Shown: positions 10,041 through 19,312 of the stretch, in pieces
Layout of the letters: each line of letters starts with the position of its first letter
How positions within the stretch are numbered: the first letter of the stretch is position 1
NCBI GenBank assembly: GCA_965222225.1
Contig: CBDCTK010000002.1
Location: forward strand, 576,001-640,000
Direction: 5' to 3'
DNA: 64,000 bases
From: Candidatus Poribacteria bacterium
Lineage (GTDB): Bacteria; Poribacteria; WGA-4E; JAJDTR01
The notes under the pieces: generated by a model
What the model saw: only the letters and a program-made list of their open reading frames with translations
The model's database searches: none
Told to the model about the DNA's origin: nothing
Program-made: the position numbers and the translations under genes

Positions 10041-10751
10041 TCACGGATTTATCGAAAAACGTGTTCGGTAGACTGTTCTGAAAACAAGAACTGCCAGAAC
10101 TGCACCAATAACCTGCATCAAAATGAACACCATTCCGTCTATAGGTTTCACGCCAGCTGCCGAGTACGTGAACATTCGTGCAAGTGTGACCTGCGGGTTA
10201 GCAAACATTGTGCTTGACGTGGCAATCAACTGGCCTCCGACCAATAGTCCCACAACTATTGATATCTTCTTGGACCGGCGCTGAACTAGCAAAAGAATCG
10301 TGAGAATGAGAATAAAGGTGCAAAGAATCTCAGCGAAATAACTCCCGCCCACACGGGTAACCTCAGAGACAGCAACCAAACGCGGTATTTCATGATAGAA
10401 CATCAAATGGGAAAAAATCATCCCTGTCAATCCGCCGCCGATTTGCATTAGAATGTAAAGAGCCGCTCGTCTCCAACTCATCGCACCGCAGATAACCGTG
10501 GCTAAGGTAACTGCCGGATTGAAATGTGCGCCGCTCACAGGCCCAAACATTTCAATTAGAGCAAAAAGGATGGTACCTACGCCGAGGGCGTCAGCCAATA
10601 CCGCGAGAGCAATCCCAGCGTTCAAAACCCGATTAAAGAGTATAATTGGTGAAATTGCAGCCATCACGAGAAAGAGCGAGCCAAGATATTCACTTAGAAG
10701 TTGCGCCGTAACTGAATATTCGGCTCGTTTTCCCGACATTGTGATACGCAC
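10041..10751 (-). CDS. MIP/aquaporin-family channel (AqpS-like, arsenic-associated type)
   Basis: SGAHFNPAVT; second motif STMFANPQVT; six hydrophobic segments. Confidence 0.85.
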   Translation of the reverse strand: MRITMSGKRAEYSVTAQLLSEYLGSLFLVMAAISPIILFNRVLNAGIALAVLADALGVGTILFALIEMFGPVSGAHFNPAVTLATVICGAMSWRRAALYILMQIGGGLTGMIFSHLMFYHEIPRLVAVSEVTRVGGSYFAEILCTFILILTILLLVQRRSKKISIVVGLLVGGQLIATSSTMFANPQVTLARMFTYSAAGVKPIDGMVFILMQVIGAVLAVLVFRTVYRTRFSINP

Positions 10752-10869
10752 TCCATAATTGAATATCTATTCAGAAAATCAAGTAGGTTTGGATGCAACG
10801 AAGGAGTGTGCTCTAGCCAATGTCATAATGCCCGCTGTTGAATTAAGAATCTTGCTACTCGACCATATT

Positions 10870-11841
10870 TCAATTCATCCGGAGCTGAAATACGATAGGA
10901 AGTTCTAAACGGAGCATCGAACCGCTCTGATCTTCGGGAAATGGTGGAAACGGAATGGCGTTTCGTACTGCGGCTAAAGCAGCATTGTCGAGTGATTTGG
11001 AGCCGGAAGACGCCACAACCTTGGCGTGTTGAATCGTACCGTCGCGAAGAAGTGTAAAACGCACCTTCGTGGTTGCACCGTCCTCCGCATTCCCCACGGA
11101 TGGTGGGTGGCGCTGTGCTCGTTTTATCTGTTCTCTGACCTGTTTTAAGAACTCTACGAAAGATTGCCTAGTATTGCCTAGATCTGCCGAAAAAGTATCG
11201 ATCGTGTCTGGGCTAAACGCTATTTCCGAGAACGATTGCGAATCGTTAAATTTGCTAATTATAGGCGCGGTGTCAAACTTCGGCGGTTCAAATTTAGGAG
11301 TGACCGTAGCCACACTAGCCTTGCGTCTCTCAAATATTAAACCTCTGTCCAAGCCTACATGGCTGGGCCCCGCCGTAGTTGCCACCAAAAGATTTCCTGC
11401 CGGAAGAGTAACCCGTTCGTTTCCCATTGACAGCCGCACACTTGTAGCAATTGGCTGAACCCTCGGGGCAGCAAGAGGGCGCAATTTCGGGGCTTCGGAT
11501 TGACGTTGCTTTGGTTCGCGTTTGATGACTCGTTTGTCAGGAATCGCTTCCATCATATCCGCCACCATAGAGTCGTCTTGCACGGCAATTTCTCGCACAA
11601 CGTAAATCCCTGCTACGAATATTGCTACACCATGTAGCGCTAGTGATACCAGTGCGGCAACGCGTCGTTTTGATGCATTTTTTCCTTTTGCACCTGCGAG
11701 TGGCGGTGCATTCCGGATTTGTATAACCGCTTCCTTGTACTCTGTTGAATTTGCCGTGGATGATGGTTTCTTGCTTGCCACGTCAGAAATCGGTAAACCT
11801 GCAGCCTCCCGCTTCGCACGCAGCATCTTCTTATACTGCAT
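10870..11841 (-). CDS. TonB-family energy transducer
   Basis: TM helix with SxxxH (VSLALHG), Pro-rich linker, TonB_C (VRFTLLRDG, SSGSKSLDNAALAAV, PFPPFP). Confidence 0.85.
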   Translation of the reverse strand: MQYKKMLRAKREAAGLPISDVASKKPSSTANSTEYKEAVIQIRNAPPLAGAKGKNASKRRVAALVSLALHGVAIFVAGIYVVREIAVQDDSMVADMMEAIPDKRVIKREPKQRQSEAPKLRPLAAPRVQPIATSVRLSMGNERVTLPAGNLLVATTAGPSHVGLDRGLIFERRKASVATVTPKFEPPKFDTAPIISKFNDSQSFSEIAFSPDTIDTFSADLGNTRQSFVEFLKQVREQIKRAQRHPPSVGNAEDGATTKVRFTLLRDGTIQHAKVVASSGSKSLDNAALAAVRNAIPFPPFPEDQSGSMLRLELPIVFQLRMN

Positions 11842-11887
11842 TCTTTGTCTGAATGCCTAATATTTCGATGCACCAGATGCCATGTTG

Positions 11888-12379
11888 TCACTCCTTATAA
11901 CTGAGTAGTTTGTAACGACCATCTTTCTCGACAACCGAGCCGAGAATCTTTAGCGTTTTCTGTTGGCCGCTGTCGTTCTTTACGGTTAATACCGTACCCC
12001 GTAACAGTTGAAAATCCTTGTACTTTTCGGTTTTCTGCTCAAAGCCGAGTTTGACGAATGAAAGATTATTTTCTCCATGTCTCTTAATCAATCGCTGAAC
12101 AGCTCGGGAGCATTTTGTATCCAAATTTGACCACGCAAATTCTTCCGGGTAATTATATGGCGGTCCGCTCGCCGGAAAAGCGGGCCACATCCATGAGAGA
12201 TATTCTTTACGAGTCACCCTCAATTGATGTAACCCGCGGAAATCGCCTTGATTTAACGCTTCTACAACCGCTTGACCAATTTCGGACGGTGAGTTGAAAC
12301 CATTTTTCCACTCTCTATGTTCGCAGCCAAGCAGAATGCTTGTCAGTAGCAAGAAGAAAAAAGAAATCCGCCATACCAT
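11888..12379 (-). CDS. Hypothetical lipoprotein
   Basis: Lipobox LLGC; co-oriented in the cluster. Confidence 0.75.
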   Translation of the reverse strand: MVWRISFFFLLLTSILLGCEHREWKNGFNSPSEIGQAVVEALNQGDFRGLHQLRVTRKEYLSWMWPAFPASGPPYNYPEEFAWSNLDTKCSRAVQRLIKRHGENNLSFVKLGFEQKTEKYKDFQLLRGTVLTVKNDSGQQKTLKILGSVVEKDGRYKLLSYKE

Positions 12380-12420
12380 AGCTATACCAACTTACGCGTA
12401 ATGATTGACGGGACACGTGA

Positions 12421-12473
12421 GAAAAGAAAGTATCGGGGCCGAAGTGCGCTGCCGTCAGGCCCCGGATACTTTC
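12421..12473 (-). terminator. Stem-loop/terminator after the 440-aa lipoprotein
   Basis: GAAAGTATCGGGGCC / GGCCCCGGATACTTTC inverted repeat, followed by a T-rich tract on the minus strand. Confidence 0.6.
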
Positions 12474-12497
12474 ACGAGTCACCGTTTCAGTGCAAGT

Positions 12498-13820
12498 TTA
12501 ATTCTGCGCTGTAGTTGTCCAACCAGCAGTCCAGTTGTCGTTGGGATCCACGCCACCGATGAAGTTCACAGACGTAAAGAATCCATCGGAAGGCGGTCTC
12601 GCTACGGATACCGAACCGTTCGTTGCGGGTGAACCACTACGTGGTCGGAAATCGGGGTTATTCAAGCTGAACGGATTGGTCAACATGGGGTCGACTTCGG
12701 CATTATTGAAGGCGGCATTCGATGCCCATGCGGCATCATCAAAACCATCTTTCTCTCCCGCAAAACTGCCAGGGTTGTTGCCAAAGAATATGTTGTTGCG
12801 CACCGAGAGTTTACCGCTATTGGCTTGGGCGTAGGTTACGGCATGGTTGATGTCGAGACCCGATTTATTAAATCCGGTTACGATGAAATTGCGATACGTA
12901 CCTGTCACTCCTTCGCGGATAAGCATACCGATGTCACTTTCAGGGCCGTTCGGGTCTCCAACAAGCGTTGCGTTGTAAATGGTGGCGCTAGAGCGTGGCA
13001 ACGCTTCGTTGTCCTTGCTGCTGTTATCGTTCTCGAAGCCGTTGTCTGCAGCGTCTCCACGTTGTTGAACAACCCAAAACTGTCCCTTCCCGGTCCAACC
13101 ATCTGTCCAGTCAAATGAATCGTCACGCGCACCTGTGACGAGCGCATATTTGATGTTCACAGTCCCACCGAACATCTCAATGCCGTCATCTTGATTGAAG
13201 TGGACTTGAACGTGATCGACCACCGTGCCGGTACCAACTCCTTGGAACGCGATTCCGTTTAACTCATTGTCCGGACTAAACTCAATGCCAGCCCATTCAA
13301 CTCGTATATAACGGAGAACTCCGCTGCTGTCATTAGGATTATTTCCGCCGAATGCACCCGTGTTTCCCTCACCCTGTGTTATTCCTTGGTTCGTGGGAGC
13401 CCGTCCATTGATGATTAAACCACCCCACTGTCCACGCTGGTGTTGTCCCGGTAGAGCGTCACTCGTAAAAACTATCGGATTGTCGGCGGTTCCTTCCGCC
13501 ATCAACTTCCCACCTTGCGCAACGACAAGTGCCCCGGTTGATGCACCTTCGCCATAAATGGTTGTACCGGCTTCAATTCTCAAGATTGCGCCATCTTGCA
13601 CAAATACAGCTCCGCGAAGCAGATAGTCATTGTCTGCCATCAGTGTACGTTCACCTGTGATATTGCCTTCAAGAATGGCAACTTTGCGACCATCGGAGGT
13701 GGTGATGAACGTTTCTTGGATAACGTCCATCATCTCCTCTTCGTCGCCGCAACCAAAAATGGTAAAACTAATTCCTATCACAACTGCAAGTGCAACATGC
13801 CGTAACGTACTTCTATTCAT
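12498..13820 (-). CDS. Secreted Gly/Asp/Asn-rich lipoprotein (beta-helix-like) partnered with the TonB-dependent receptor
   Basis: Lipobox IFGC; IEAGTTIYG, GTADNPIVFTS, WGGLII, DSSGVLRYIRVE, DDGIEMFGG and DDSFDW motifs of TBDR-adjacent lipoproteins. Confidence 0.8.
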   Translation of the reverse strand: MNRSTLRHVALAVVIGISFTIFGCGDEEEMMDVIQETFITTSDGRKVAILEGNITGERTLMADNDYLLRGAVFVQDGAILRIEAGTTIYGEGASTGALVVAQGGKLMAEGTADNPIVFTSDALPGQHQRGQWGGLIINGRAPTNQGITQGEGNTGAFGGNNPNDSSGVLRYIRVEWAGIEFSPDNELNGIAFQGVGTGTVVDHVQVHFNQDDGIEMFGGTVNIKYALVTGARDDSFDWTDGWTGKGQFWVVQQRGDAADNGFENDNSSKDNEALPRSSATIYNATLVGDPNGPESDIGMLIREGVTGTYRNFIVTGFNKSGLDINHAVTYAQANSGKLSVRNNIFFGNNPGSFAGEKDGFDDAAWASNAAFNNAEVDPMLTNPFSLNNPDFRPRSGSPATNGSVSVARPPSDGFFTSVNFIGGVDPNDNWTAGWTTTAQN

Positions 13821-13850
13821 TTTGCTGAAACTCCTTTATTTTTCATTGAT

Positions 13851-16706
13851 TTAAAGACTATAACTCACACCGAACGAGAAAGATCGCCCAGTGCGGTATC
13901 GAATATAGGTTTTGTCACCTTGTTTAAAGATGACATCAGGATCGAGCAGATTCTTGGCGGAGAGACTCAACCGAAAATAGTCGGCAATGACTCTACTGAT
14001 AGTGGCGTCTAGTTGAGAACGCGGCTGCTCGAAGACATCGGGAATACCGTGATTCCCTACCTCAGCAATTCGACGCCCGAAAACGTGATATGCAATCGTA
14101 CCGGAAATGCCCAGGTCGGAATTGTTGTAACCCAATGTTGCGTTGACGATGTAGGGCGACTGGCCCTGCAATGCTCGTTCGGAAGATGTCTGAATGCCAA
14201 CATCGGGCAATTCAACTCGTGAAGAAATAAAAGCAGCGCAGGTGCTAATCGAGAAATCGCGTAGTCCTGAATAGAGCACGCTAAGATTTTGTCGTAATTC
14301 CATTTCGAGCCCGTAATTGTTTGCACCTAACGCATTGTCGTAAGTGATGCGAACTTCTGCCTGTGGCTCGACAATTTGTTCAATCGGCTTGTGAAATCTC
14401 TTTTAGAAAGCGCTAATGGCAATTACGCCTCCCAACTCGGGGAAGACCTCCCACCGAATATCGTAGTTTTGTATCTGGGTGCGCTCGAGGTCAGGATTGC
14501 CAAATTCCGTCCTTCCGCCTACAAAATCCGTGAATTCAAAAGGTGCCAATTCACGGAGGTCGGGTCGCGTAATGGTGCGGGATCCAGCGAATCGGAAATT
14601 CATCCGTTCGGTTATACGGTAAGCCAAATTCACACTTGGTAGGAGGTCAAATGTTTCCAAATCGGCAAGGATTGGTGGTGAACTAGCGAAGAAAGGATTA
14701 AATGTCGTGACGTTCTGGTCGGAGACTTCTAAACGTAATCCGGTCGCTAAACGCCATTTTGCAGACACCGGCAAGTCAACCATCACATAGTTAGCCATTA
14801 CACGGTCAGAGGCGAGATAGTTGTCATTTGCCCGCGTTGATTCGGTAAGCTCGAATCTCCGGGGAGCAATGTTTTCTAGCTTGAAGAGTTCTTCGGCTGG
14901 AGCAGAGAGGTCGACAAATTGGTCAATGTTGTCAGACGGCAGAATTCGAAATCTTCGTGCATCGAAAGTACGGTTTCGATCTCGCCACAGCACACCAAAT
15001 TTGAACAACCCCTCGGAACGAAACGGCACCTTCCAATCGACGCGACCACTATACTGATCGTCAACCAGATCAAAGAAGAACCGACTGCCACTATGTGTTA
15101 CATCGCGAAAAACAAAGGTTCCGTCGCCACGATCCTCGTAAATCATTTCACGATTATCGGGCTCGCTACGTGCCGCGCGGGCATACGTTAGTCGCCAATC
15201 CATTGATATGTCAAGTTTGTCGTCGCCTTCAAGATCGACTTCTCCCAGGTCAAAGTCGTGTTGACCGCCGAGTTGACTAGAGAAAAGTTGTCGCTCTACA
15301 TACCGAAGACGACCACTCCGCATGTCCGTATTTCGATCGTCGTTGAAACCTTCCCATATCCGCGTTTCGTCGTCGCCGATATGAGTAAAGAGTGTCTGTA
15401 AACTCACTTTCTGGGTTGGTGAAAAGCGCATGCTCGCATTGAGAACACTCCCCCAGTTCACTTCACGAGAACTTTTTTCGGCTTGGTAGGTTACTACGGG
15501 GGATAGTTCGTCGTTCAATCCTATCCGAAATGCGTTCCGCTCCTCGGTGCGATGACTGTGTTTGTTACCATATGAAAGGACACCAATATATCCGAACTCC
15601 TTACCAAAAAGTTCGGTGCTGTTGCCGACACTGAATTTGTAGCTTTGATTGACTGGCACCGTATCCCTTTCAGGGGTCCATACGTTGTTGAAGGAGCGTC
15701 CAAACGTCTGAATCTCCTCGGGAGTAAACCCTGAATCAGTGAAGTGACCACGCTCTCGAATTGGAACATCTGCCGCTTTTTCCACTATTAGCTTGGGTAG
15801 GTCACGCCCTCCATCATGAAAGCCAAGAAAATCCAGTCCTCCCCCTGCATAAGTCAAACCCCCTTCGCCAGTAGTTTGGGTGTTCATACTCGTTGACATT
15901 GATACGGACATTGTCGACGCTTCCGGAAAATCTTTGGTGAAAACCTGAACCGAGCCTCCAGCGAATCCACCGGGTTGGTCAGGCGAGAAGGTTTTAACGG
16001 TTTGAAGGCTAGACAGGAGGCTAGCGGGGAAGATGTCCATGGGAACTATGCGGCGGTTTGGCTCGGGGCTTGGGATTTCGACATTGTTCAGGAGCGTATT
16101 GCTATAACGTTCCCCAAGACCACGGACAAACACATACCGTCCGCCCACAATGCTAACCCCAGTCACACGCTTGATCGCTTGGCCAGCGTCGGAGGCAGGT
16201 AGCCGACTAATCTCTTCTGTGCTGATGCTGTCCTCAATTCTGGAACTTTGGAACCGTTTTTCAAGGAGTCCACGCTCCGTTGATTGGCTTAACCGAACCG
16301 GAAGTTTAATGGGATTTAACTGAACAACTTGAGGGGCGAGGGCTACACGAAATTCTTGTGTCGGTTGTTCCTGCGTGATTAAGATTTCAGCTAACACCTG
16401 TGGACTGTAGAAGGGCGCGGTCACCTTGATGTTGTACGCTCCTACCGCGAGCTTGAATGAGAATTTACCATCTTCATCGGTAGTTGTTTTTTCCGCCTTT
16501 CCAACAACTTTCACAACTACTTCAGGTATAGGCGCGTCTGTGTCAGCGTCTACCACAATACCTTCAACATTCGCATCTCCTTGGGCGAAAGAATACTGAA
16601 TTGATAATAACAGCGAAAGCCAAACCAGCCATATACTAAACCGCTTCATCAGCGTACAAGTCCTTTGTCGTTCCGTCTTTGATAATTTTCTCATCCCAAT
16701 CAACAC
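13851..16706 (-). pseudogene. TonB-dependent receptor with one in-frame premature TAA (14403-14405)
   Basis: CarboxypepD_reg-like N-terminus, plug (RVTGVS, VRGLGERY) and barrel. Reading continues in frame as SAF*KRFHKPIEQ (expected SAFYK) into ORF 13851-14303, which ends in GVSYSL. Likely start is ATG 16649. Confidence 0.85.
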
Positions 16707-16745
16707 AATATCATGGCGTTAACATCTTATTTCCTACGCATACAT

Positions 16746-16800
16746 AGTATATTTCAGAGATGTTACAAAATCGTGGCATTGATTTGACTTTTTTGTGGCG
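16746..16800 (-). promoter_or_regulatory. Pho-box-like promoter A (upstream of TBDR)
   Basis: Minus strand CGCCACA-n4-AGTCAAA-n4-TGCCACG-n4-TGTAACA-n9-TATACT (11-bp period). Confidence 0.7.
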
Positions 16801-17122
16801 TTTTAATCTACTTGTCGTTCTTGCTCAAGGGCTTTAGTCAAGTCCATTAATCGCAGCGTAATCTGGCTTCAAGACAAATTCATCACGCTTGGCGGCAATT
16901 CGCTAACCGTGACAACTGACTTTATTGCCCCTTCAAGGAAAAGTAATTTGATTTTAAATCTTGTGTGGCACGTCATTGGACAGTTATTGATGGCAATCCC
17001 ATTTCTCGTTGTGCGGATTTCGTCAATGTCATAATTCATCAAAGAGTTTGTTTGAATAACAGGTGGTAAAATCAATCTTGGTCTTTTGAGGAGGGTGCTT
17101 TTTCGTGTTTGGTTTGTTCCTG

Positions 17123-17202
17123 TTATATTCCTTTCGCCCTGCTAGGGCTTGGATACGTATTATTTCGGCGTTCCTATACACCTTTCGCCCCTCTCGGCGC
17201 TT
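17123..17202. repeat. Two degenerate REP-like palindromic units
   Basis: TATATTCCTTTCGCCCTGCTAGGGCTT and TATACACCTTTCGCCCCTCTCGGCGCTT, about 51 bp apart. Confidence 0.5.
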
Positions 17203-17304
17203 TTGTCCCAAACTCAAGAAGATTACAACACCTTGATTGGATGACCGGAATTAGTTTCAGCGCTACAAGGCTACTCCGAATAGATTCTCAAACGCACTCA
17301 AGAG

Positions 17305-17359
17305 AATATAAATTAGACATGTTACAAAATTGTGACAACTTTTTGACTTTTTTATGTCT
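17305..17359 (-). promoter_or_regulatory. Pho-box-like promoter B (no clear CDS directly downstream)
   Basis: Minus strand AGACATA-n4-AGTCAAA-n4-TGTCACA-n4-TGTAACA-n9-TATATT. Confidence 0.7.
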
Positions 17360-17477
17360 TAGGATTCGTGGTAGTGATCGGTGGCTGGATGCCTAGGAGA
17401 GCACAACTCACTCTCATAGGTAGGAGGTAACTATCTCAAATTTAACCCGAATTGCCATCTTCATTCGAATAGGGGAC

Positions 17478-17574
17478 AGAAACCGAGTTTTTTCCGCCGT
17501 GGAAACAGAAGTTCGACGAAATCCTAATCAATTTGCCTATTATTTAGCAAAAGTGACCCAAAAACTCGGTTTCT
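17478..17574. repeat. MITE-like 97-bp element
   Basis: Perfect 15-bp terminal IR AGAAACCGAGTTTTT / AAAAACTCGGTTTCT. Confidence 0.6.
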
Positions 17575-17784
17575 ATGTTATAGATAGCAACTTGAGTAGT
17601 TTACTTAGTGGTGGGAGATTCCAACTACGAACCGGTCTCCAGTGGAATCGCAATGGAGGTTTGAGTTGGGTGTACGGCGTGGATAACGGATTTGGAGAGG
17701 ATGGAAAATAGGAAGGGAAATCGACGATTTGACAATCGCTAATAAATCTCGGTCGCTGCAACTACAAAAGTAATCAAACTGGAG

Positions 17785-19244
17785 TCATGCGTCCAGGTTA
17801 CTACCGCCCTGTTTAATTTCGGATCCAACTGTGCGCCAAGGACCGGTTATGGCAAGTGTGATTCCCGGTTTTTGAATGTTGACAAATAAGGTACTACCAT
17901 CCGGGGAGAAGGTAGAGCCTGCAAATTCAAAGATGTTCTTGGCGTTCCGAGCAAAGCGGTACAATCTTCCCTCCGGCGTTATACCGATTAGGAACTGTTC
18001 TGTCGAGCCATCTTCACACACGATTAGATCGCCCCATGGTGTAACGGTTAGGTTATCTGCGTTTTCCAGCAAGTCACTACTTTTTGATTCAATAAACAAC
18101 TCGAGTATTCCCGGATCTTTTTCCTCACCCGATGTGCCCTCGAAAGGACTCGGAGTGTATCGCCAAATCTGACCTTTCTTTCGCTCTCCACCGTTTGTGC
18201 AGGCAAAGAAAATGACTCTGTCGCTGTACCACATTCCTTCACCACGTGCAAACCTTGCCGCGCCCTTATCATGATATCCCTGTTTGCGAAGATCGTCCTT
18301 GGGGGATTCAACATTTTCAATGTCAACCCACTCCACGTTGAGCCTTTCTTCGACTGGTATAACGTCATGCGTCCAAGGCAAGAGGGTTTCAAGAGGACTT
18401 CTCCAATTTCGAGTGTCGGCACTCTTCAGATTTCGAATCTTCAAAGCTTGCAGACGCCCTCCTTCCGTCATTTTACCCGGGTGGTGGGGAATGAAACGGT
18501 AAACGAGTCCGTCGCCGCGATCCTCGGTCTGGTAAACAATACCTGTCCTAGTGTCCACGGCGACAGCTTCACGGTAAAATCGTCCCATAGCCTTCAAGGG
18601 TATTGGCGCAGCAAGCCCGGTAGCCAAAGCCGGCACCTCGAAGTTGTATCCGTGGTCTGTTTCAAATGTGTCTTCAACCTTTTGAACACATTCCTCACAG
18701 CTAATCCAAGCATTCCATGGGGTTGGCCCACCTGCACAATTACGCATGGTGCCAGCCAGACTAAGAAACTGTTTTTCCAATTCCTTTGTTCTGGTATTGT
18801 AAATAAGAGTTGTCGTACCACCGAGGGCAGGTTTTGTTCCTTGACCGAGATCGTGGAATCTCTCACTGTTAATCCTGCCAACTAATTCGTTGACTTGACC
18901 GTAAGCTCCGGTGCGCGCGTCGGTTTCCAGTTCGTGGTTTCGGACGAGAATGGTTCTGCCATTTGAACCCGGGAAAGCAGCCATACCGTCGCGACCTCCC
19001 GGCACCAAGAACCCATCATCCATCGTTTCCCGGTTTTGGAAAACGTATGGTATTTGAAGCCTAGGGGTAGATCAAGAACCCCGGCCGGATCGGAGCGAAA
19101 ACCGCCGTATGGCTCAATAAGGGATTCAACCGACGGGTTAGTCATGAGTTGACTGCATCCGAGGAATCCAAGAGTAAAGGCGGCAGATCCGGCCGTTAAA
19201 CCTGTACGCAAAAATTGCCGTCTTGAAATGTTATCGATCGACAT
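17785..19244 (-). pseudogene. phoX: PhoX-family (DUF839) alkaline phosphatase, Tat-exported, with a 1-bp frameshift near 19030
   Basis: Tat motif SRRQFLR; LVRNHE, NCAGGPTPW..WISCEE, MGRFYREA, QTEDRGDG, RGEG, ADNL, CEDG and EFAGSTFSPDG..LFVNIQ motifs. Adding one G to ACCGGGAAACG restores SKTGETMDDG. Confidence 0.85.
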
Positions 19245-19312
19245 TTTGATTCTTCCATAGTACTGAAGGTCACATGAGATTTCAGATTCAATCCACGTTT
19301 CTACTTAATTTC

